Below, piece by piece: positions 59,285 through 64,000 of a stretch of DNA of 64,000 bases (the first letter of the stretch is position 1; each line of letters opens with the position of its first letter). Origin of the DNA: Segetibacter sp. (GTDB lineage: Bacteria > Bacteroidota > Bacteroidia > Chitinophagales > Chitinophagaceae); NCBI GenBank assembly GCA_028288485.1, contig JAQBNO010000174.1, positions 59,955 through 123,954 of the forward strand. The letters run 5' to 3'. The position numbers and the translations under genes are program-made. The notes beneath the pieces were generated by a model. The model saw nothing but the letters and a program-made list of their open reading frames with translations. It had not been told where the DNA came from and ran no database searches.

Positions 59285-59977
59285 TTACAATACCCTATAT
59301 TTCATTATCCAATAGTACTGCAGGTTTATAAAGTTCAAGTCACTTACCTTGTTTGCAAGCAGTTGCCTGATAAATATTTCGGATGGAAAGTTTTTTAGAA
59401 TTTGGTGAGTTGTTCCGTTTTCCAGCGTTCTTGTTTGATAAGTATTACCAACACTATCTTTCCCGGTTATAGAAAGGTTGCTGCCGTCAACATAGTTATT
59501 ATCCATAAAAACAACTGTCCCCCCTTTTTCTGCAAGACTGTTAGCTATATCGATGAAGGTGTTTAAGTCTTGTAGTAGTATGTGGCTCCAGATGAATCCT
59601 CCAAACAAGCTGTCATACTTGTTGGTGTTTTCCAGCTTAAATAGATCTGCTATTTGGAAGTTTACGTTAGCGGGGGAATAGATTTTTGATTTTGCTACTT
59701 CAATTACTGCATCATTGATGTCAGTTGCTACAATGGAGTGAGCAGTTTTAGCGATTATTTCCGTCCAGTAGCCGGTGCCGCAAGCAATTTCAAATACTCT
59801 TTTGCCTGCAAAAAGGTCTTGTAATATTTGTGCAGCCACCAGTAGATCGCTTTGCCGCTCGGCTTTACTGTAAATTTTTTCGTACTCTTTTGCCCTGTCT
59901 TCATAATAGGAAATAAGGTCGGAGTACATGTTTTTTAACGTTACTGATGTAAGTGGGTTTGAGATAGGATCTCTCAT
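59285..59977 (-). CDS. class I SAM-dependent methyltransferase
   Basis: 230 aa. Motif I VFEIACGTGYWT and motif II-like ATDINDA, with a Rossmann-fold pattern. Confidence 0.75.
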   Translation of the reverse strand: MRDPISNPLTSVTLKNMYSDLISYYEDRAKEYEKIYSKAERQSDLLVAAQILQDLFAGKRVFEIACGTGYWTEIIAKTAHSIVATDINDAVIEVAKSKIYSPANVNFQIADLFKLENTNKYDSLFGGFIWSHILLQDLNTFIDIANSLAEKGGTVVFMDNNYVDGSNLSITGKDSVGNTYQTRTLENGTTHQILKNFPSEIFIRQLLANKVSDLNFINLQYYWIMKYRVL

Positions 59978-60245
59978 CAGTTAAAGATATAAAGCTTAAC
60001 TGAAAAATAGCAATGACCGGTGTTTCATTTGCAAAGCTGGGGGCCTGCTATTTTGCTATCTATCAAATCAGATTTTCCGGGTTTTAGCAAAATGTTTTCG
60101 AAGAAAGTTGACGATGAACACCTGTTTTTTTATCACCTTAACCCTCACTCTTTTCTTAAAACCAATTAATATTATTTCTTCTAATTCATTTTTATATGCT
60201 ATTTTTAAAACTCTGTAACCAACCGTACACTAACTAGCTACACTC

Positions 60246-60716
60246 ATGAAGCCTCTTAACCAACAAGAGATTAATAAAGCGATTCGCAAATTTTTATTCC
60301 ATTTCTTTTGTATCGTTTTAGCTTCTTTAATCAGTACCTGGTTTTTTTATCAAACCATCCGTTACGATCTTCGTTTCCTGTCTGCCGTGTCTTCCTCTAC
60401 TGAAAATTCTACCGTTATTCAAAACCAGTTAAATGATGCGTCTTCTTCCATTTCAGCAAAGTTGAAAGCGTATAATACGGGTACTAACAATGTGCGGCTT
60501 ACAGAAGAATTAAAGGATGAAACGCAAAAGATGAATGAGCTTATAAAATCAGATGCAAGCAACGGCTCACTTGAAGTGTACAAAAGAGTTTATGCGGTAA
60601 TACCTTATGTAATGACGGTTAAGGACAGCATTAACGAAGTGAGCCACGAAAGAGAGAATTTGCAAAAGAAATACGACCAGCTATTGGGTAGGCAGCTTAA
60701 ATCGGTGGACCATTAG
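60246..60716 (+). CDS. single-pass membrane coiled-coil protein, TssO-like (copy 1)
   Basis: 156 aa. Short cytoplasmic N-terminus (NQQEINKAIRKF), one TM helix and a coiled-coil tail. Location is within the T6SS-iii-like gene set. Confidence 0.4.
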   Translation: MKPLNQQEINKAIRKFLFHFFCIVLASLISTWFFYQTIRYDLRFLSAVSSSTENSTVIQNQLNDASSSISAKLKAYNTGTNNVRLTEELKDETQKMNELIKSDASNGSLEVYKRVYAVIPYVMTVKDSINEVSHERENLQKKYDQLLGRQLKSVDH

Positions 60717-60810
60717 CGTAAAGAGAAGAGCCCGATTTTTAGCTACTTCGGTGTTCAAGGAGCTATAAAAGATTATGAAGGTTGTTTTGGATGTTGCTAT
60801 GAAAAGATAC

Positions 60811-60833
60811 AGTAAAAGGGAGTGACACAACCG
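60811..60833 (-). repeat. core-A repeat copy (degenerate)
   Basis: agtaaaagggagtgacacaaccg. Confidence 0.6.
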
Positions 60834-60950
60834 GGGCTGAAGGGAAAGAAACTGCCGGAAAACAAAAGAATATCAGTAAAAAATGTTTTGTAAACGCGTA
60901 CAAAAAGGGTTATCGCAAAATGTTTTCTACAATTAAAAACCGCCGCTATA

Positions 60951-61403
60951 ATGTATAGTGTAAGTGCCGAACAAAAGAGGAATTATTTTATTTATTTATT
61001 ACTGATGTTCCTGCTAACGACAGCTATCATCTGGTGGCTGTTAATGGGTGACTATTTTAATTTAAACGTCACTAAAACAAAAGAGAAGTATTCGGGGCAG
61101 ATTAATAAAGACCTGGAATTCAGAAAAGATCAGCAACAAATGCTTCCTGCAATAGATAGTCTATTTACCAGGATTGCAACTTATAACCCGGCAGTCAATG
61201 CTCTTTATGCTGAGAATGAAATATCGGAACAGGTGCGGCAATTGAAAAAAATGAGTGAAAAGTCGGTTGATCCCCGCTACAAATCTTTCAATCATCTTGG
61301 CGAGATCTACGCTGAATATTTTAATAGTAAAAAGGAGCTAGGGAATATTCAAAAGGGCATTAATGATATTAATAAAAGCCTGCAGAGAAGTGGCGGCCGT
61401 TAG
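60951..61403 (+). CDS. single-pass membrane coiled-coil protein, TssO-like (copy 2)
   Basis: 150 aa with the same architecture as 60246..60716 (AEQKRNYFIYLLLMFLL.. TM helix, then coiled coil). It lies directly upstream of the PKD protein. Confidence 0.4.
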   Translation: MYSVSAEQKRNYFIYLLLMFLLTTAIIWWLLMGDYFNLNVTKTKEKYSGQINKDLEFRKDQQQMLPAIDSLFTRIATYNPAVNALYAENEISEQVRQLKKMSEKSVDPRYKSFNHLGEIYAEYFNSKKELGNIQKGINDINKSLQRSGGR

Positions 61404-61454
61404 TAATCGTTCAAAAATTTAAAATCAATTCGAGTTACGAAACAACAATAAGAC

Positions 61455-62390
61455 ATGGCAGAAGAAATGTATGGTAGCCAGGCAGCAGGTTCTTCGCGTA
61501 TCGGCACTATAATCATATCTGTTGCCGCATTTATCGTGTTGCTTGCAGCAGGCCTATACGTGTACAAACAATATTATGGTAAAAGAACGCTCCAGGGATT
61601 TATTATTAACAGGGATATTACTGTAAACGACAGTCTTGAGTACGAGGACAGAACAATAGATGCAAAGAGTTGGGAATGGGATTTTGGAAACGGATTTACT
61701 TCGTTAAAGCGGAGTGGTAAATATAAATTTAATACGCCGGGGGTATACGACGTAAAGCTTGAGGTAGATCACGAGTTGTCGAATGTTTTTCGCGTTAATG
61801 TAAGAGATACTGTTGCTGCTGCTGATACTTCGATTATTATTGATGGCCCCGCGCGGGGAATTGTTGGAGAAGAAATAAGATTTTCTGCACGGGGAAATGG
61901 AAACAGGTGGGAGTGGAGGTTTGGAGAATCGGGTGCAGTGGATATGGTTGGACCCGAAGCTTTTTACAAATACAGCGCTCCCGGAATTTATACCATCAAA
62001 TTATCTAACCTGGTAAATGTTACACCTGCAACACTTAAAATAAGGATCTTGCCTGAATTAGCAGATACAACTACCATCGTAAAAACCGATCCTGAGGCTG
62101 AAGCGGTAAAGGCAGCCAAACAAAGAGTTTACGAGATCAGGACTAAATTACAATCACTGGCAAATGGAAACGACTTCAATTCGTTGTATTACGAAGTTCT
62201 TCAAAATTATTTGTGTAACGATGAGAACGCGCTGGTTGTGATCAACGGCAATAAGAAAACAGACTTTTATAAATATTGTACTCACCTGCAATTCGAGAAA
62301 GGGGTTGTGATAGATGAACTGACCGTCCAGGAAAGTCCGAACGGATGCGCTACTTCACTTACTATAAAAGAGCATTTTAAATTAGATTGA
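61455..62390 (+). CDS. membrane-anchored protein with two PKD-like domains, TssP-like
   Basis: 311 aa with the TM helix IGTIIISVAAFIVLLAAGLYVY. Two PKD signatures: WEWDFGNGFTS..GVYDVKLEV and WEWRFGESGAV..GIYTIKLSN. Confidence 0.5.
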   Translation: MAEEMYGSQAAGSSRIGTIIISVAAFIVLLAAGLYVYKQYYGKRTLQGFIINRDITVNDSLEYEDRTIDAKSWEWDFGNGFTSLKRSGKYKFNTPGVYDVKLEVDHELSNVFRVNVRDTVAAADTSIIIDGPARGIVGEEIRFSARGNGNRWEWRFGESGAVDMVGPEAFYKYSAPGIYTIKLSNLVNVTPATLKIRILPELADTTTIVKTDPEAEAVKAAKQRVYEIRTKLQSLANGNDFNSLYYEVLQNYLCNDENALVVINGNKKTDFYKYCTHLQFEKGVVIDELTVQESPNGCATSLTIKEHFKLD

Positions 62391-62407
62391 TTTTTTAAAA
62401 GCCATTA

Positions 62408-64000
62408 ATGAAAAAGCTTTCATTTATTTTCATATTTTTTGTAGCTGCTATAAACATTGATGCACAATCGCTGCGTACGTCAACTATTAATGAAGTGCCT
62501 TCCAACTTCTTTGTTTCGGTATCCAATTCTCCTTTTACCAACGTAAAGGTCGATAACAGCCAGGGTGGAAATAAGACGCAATGGCTGGTTTTTTCGGACC
62601 GTGCAAACAATACCACTTTTTTGAAACCAGATGGAAAGACGCCCTTCAAAGCCCTTCCTTTAATGGACGTATTTTACGTAATGGATAAACAAAACGGTTA
62701 CCTGCAAATTGTAAAATACAATCCTGCAATTGTAAAAAGAGATAAGATCAAAGATGTAAAGAGTGCCGAATACCTGGGTTGGGTTGAAGAAAGTAAAATG
62801 CTGTTGTGGTCAAAGGCTCTGGTATCTACTTCGGATAACCATCCTGAAAAAGCTTTAATGATTGTAAACAATAAAGCAGTCTTTGAAAGTCCGACACAGT
62901 ATTTAAAGAACGATTCAATAAAGGTTTTTGCAGAGCCTTCTTTGCAATCGAATGGAAGCTGCAAATTAAGGCTGAGCGACCTTGCTTATGTTTATAAAAT
63001 AACCGGAGATGGCAATTTTGCATTGCTGGGACGCAAGGAAAAACTGCAGTTTGATACCACTTGCAAAAGTGATATACTAGGTTGGGTTTCTACCCGGGTG
63101 GTGTCGCCATGGGGCCAGCGTTTATTTCTTACTGTTGCCATGCCCGACAGCACTTCTGCATCGGATGTTGAAATAAAGGTAAACAGGGCAATCAGCGGAG
63201 AAGCTATTTCTGAGCCTGTGTGGAGGTTCAGTCCGCCGGTGAATGCCTCTCACCATACCATGAACAGTTTCCCGGTGTTTACCTATGCCACCAATGCAAA
63301 TAATAGTGGCGAAGTTACTACCGCCATTCCTTCCTCTGTTTTCGAGCTCAAGAAAACAGACGTGTATAACGTGAAAGGCGCAAAACTTACCTACGATTCA
63401 TTTATTGGTTTAAAAAAGAATATTCATTCTTACAACCTTGTGTTTTTAGTTGACGGCGGTAGTTCGATGAAAAAGTATTTCCCGATACTGGTGAACTTTA
63501 TACAGGGAATAAAAAATAGCCTCAAAACCGCTTATCCTGAGTATTATAATTTTTCGTATGGTGCTGTTATTTATCGTAATAAAAATAATTGCAGCGAAGC
63601 TGATCAAATTCAATCGTTCGGGCCGACAAAAAATGCAACCGCCGTTTCTGACTTTTTTTATAGGCAAATTGCTCAAACCAATGCCTGTAGTTATGGTAAT
63701 GTTTTGCAACCCGTTTATGCCGGTTTTAATAAAGCCCTCGACCTCTTTCCCACCGATAATTTTGAGAATAATATTATTATAAACGTAGGCACAACCGGAA
63801 ATAAATTCGATAATACTTCCCCGGTTGAAAGAGACCTTGTTCGGAAGATCGGGAAGTCGAATGCCCGAATTCTTGCCTTCCAGCCTTTCAGCGATTATTA
63901 TTCTTTGTTTAATAATTACGTATTGCAGATCAGGGAATTGCTCGATAAATCGGCAGTATTGCTGGCGGAGCAGAAAAAAGGATGGATCGTAAACAGCAAC
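62408..64000 (+). CDS. large secreted protein, N-terminal 531 aa only (3' end outside the window), TssR-like with a vWA-like region
   Basis: Not in the ORF track because no stop is reached. I translated it by hand as MKKLSFIFIFFVAAINIDAQS.., open through base 64000. SH3-like block ..VFYVMDKQNGYLQIVKY.. and vWA-like NLVFLVDGGSSMKKYFP.. Confidence 0.55.
   Translation, partial: MKKLSFIFIFFVAAINIDAQSLRTSTINEVPSNFFVSVSNSPFTNVKVDNSQGGNKTQWLVFSDRANNTTFLKPDGKTPFKALPLMDVFYVMDKQNGYLQIVKYNPAIVKRDKIKDVKSAEYLGWVEESKMLLWSKALVSTSDNHPEKALMIVNNKAVFESPTQYLKNDSIKVFAEPSLQSNGSCKLRLSDLAYVYKITGDGNFALLGRKEKLQFDTTCKSDILGWVSTRVVSPWGQRLFLTVAMPDSTSASDVEIKVNRAISGEAISEPVWRFSPPVNASHHTMNSFPVFTYATNANNSGEVTTAIPSSVFELKKTDVYNVKGAKLTYDSFIGLKKNIHSYNLVFLVDGGSSMKKYFPILVNFIQGIKNSLKTAYPEYYNFSYGAVIYRNKNNCSEADQIQSFGPTKNATAVSDFFYRQIAQTNACSYGNVLQPVYAGFNKALDLFPTDNFENNIIINVGTTGNKFDNTSPVERDLVRKIGKSNARILAFQPFSDYYSLFNNYVLQIRELLDKSAVLLAEQKKGWIVNSN

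Noticed and set aside
62395-63023. Three minus-strand ORFs (84, 88 and 65 aa)
   Set aside because: They are antisense to a 531-codon open frame with a signal peptide (the TssR-like gene) that the ORF track omits only because it has no stop inside the window.

Overview
The window is a 64 kb chromosomal segment of about 41% GC. Its gene content points to Bacteroidota, probably the Chitinophagia or Sphingobacteriia. The pointers are a SusC/SusD pair, a T9SS-type C-terminal sorting domain, TAnnTTTG-type promoters and T6SS-iii-like genes. Most of the window is housekeeping: anmK, ade, trmD, rpoD, ffh, rpsP-rimM, dinB, two pseudouridine synthases, a DEAD-box helicase, SOD and LptF/G. There is also a block of Tat- or Sec-exported enzymes and a SusC/SusD locus that carries no glycoside hydrolase. 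Three things stand out. (1) From about 55.1 kb to the window end there is a fragmentary Bacteroidota-type type VI secretion locus. It has a TssN-like gene, TssF, TssE, two TssO-like genes, a PKD/TssP-like gene and a large TssR-like ORF. The TssR-like ORF is absent from the ORF track because it runs off the window. A VOC plus methyltransferase insert splits the locus, and tssG, sheath, Hcp, VgrG and ClpV are not visible. (2) A dense family of short intergenic repeats has the core CATCGTTGCGTCGCACTCTTGTAC, with variant CATTGTTGTGTCACTCACTTGTAC. About 17 copies lie in 15 intergenic spacers, together with several other REP/MITE-like families. (3) Four decayed genes each carry a stop codon and/or one or more frameshifts: an AbiEii-like nucleotidyltransferase, a TonB-C-like protein, a DinB-family protein and a Crp/Fnr regulator. 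I recognised no rRNA, tRNA, CRISPR array, transposase or integrase. All functional calls rest on reading motifs by eye, not on database searches.
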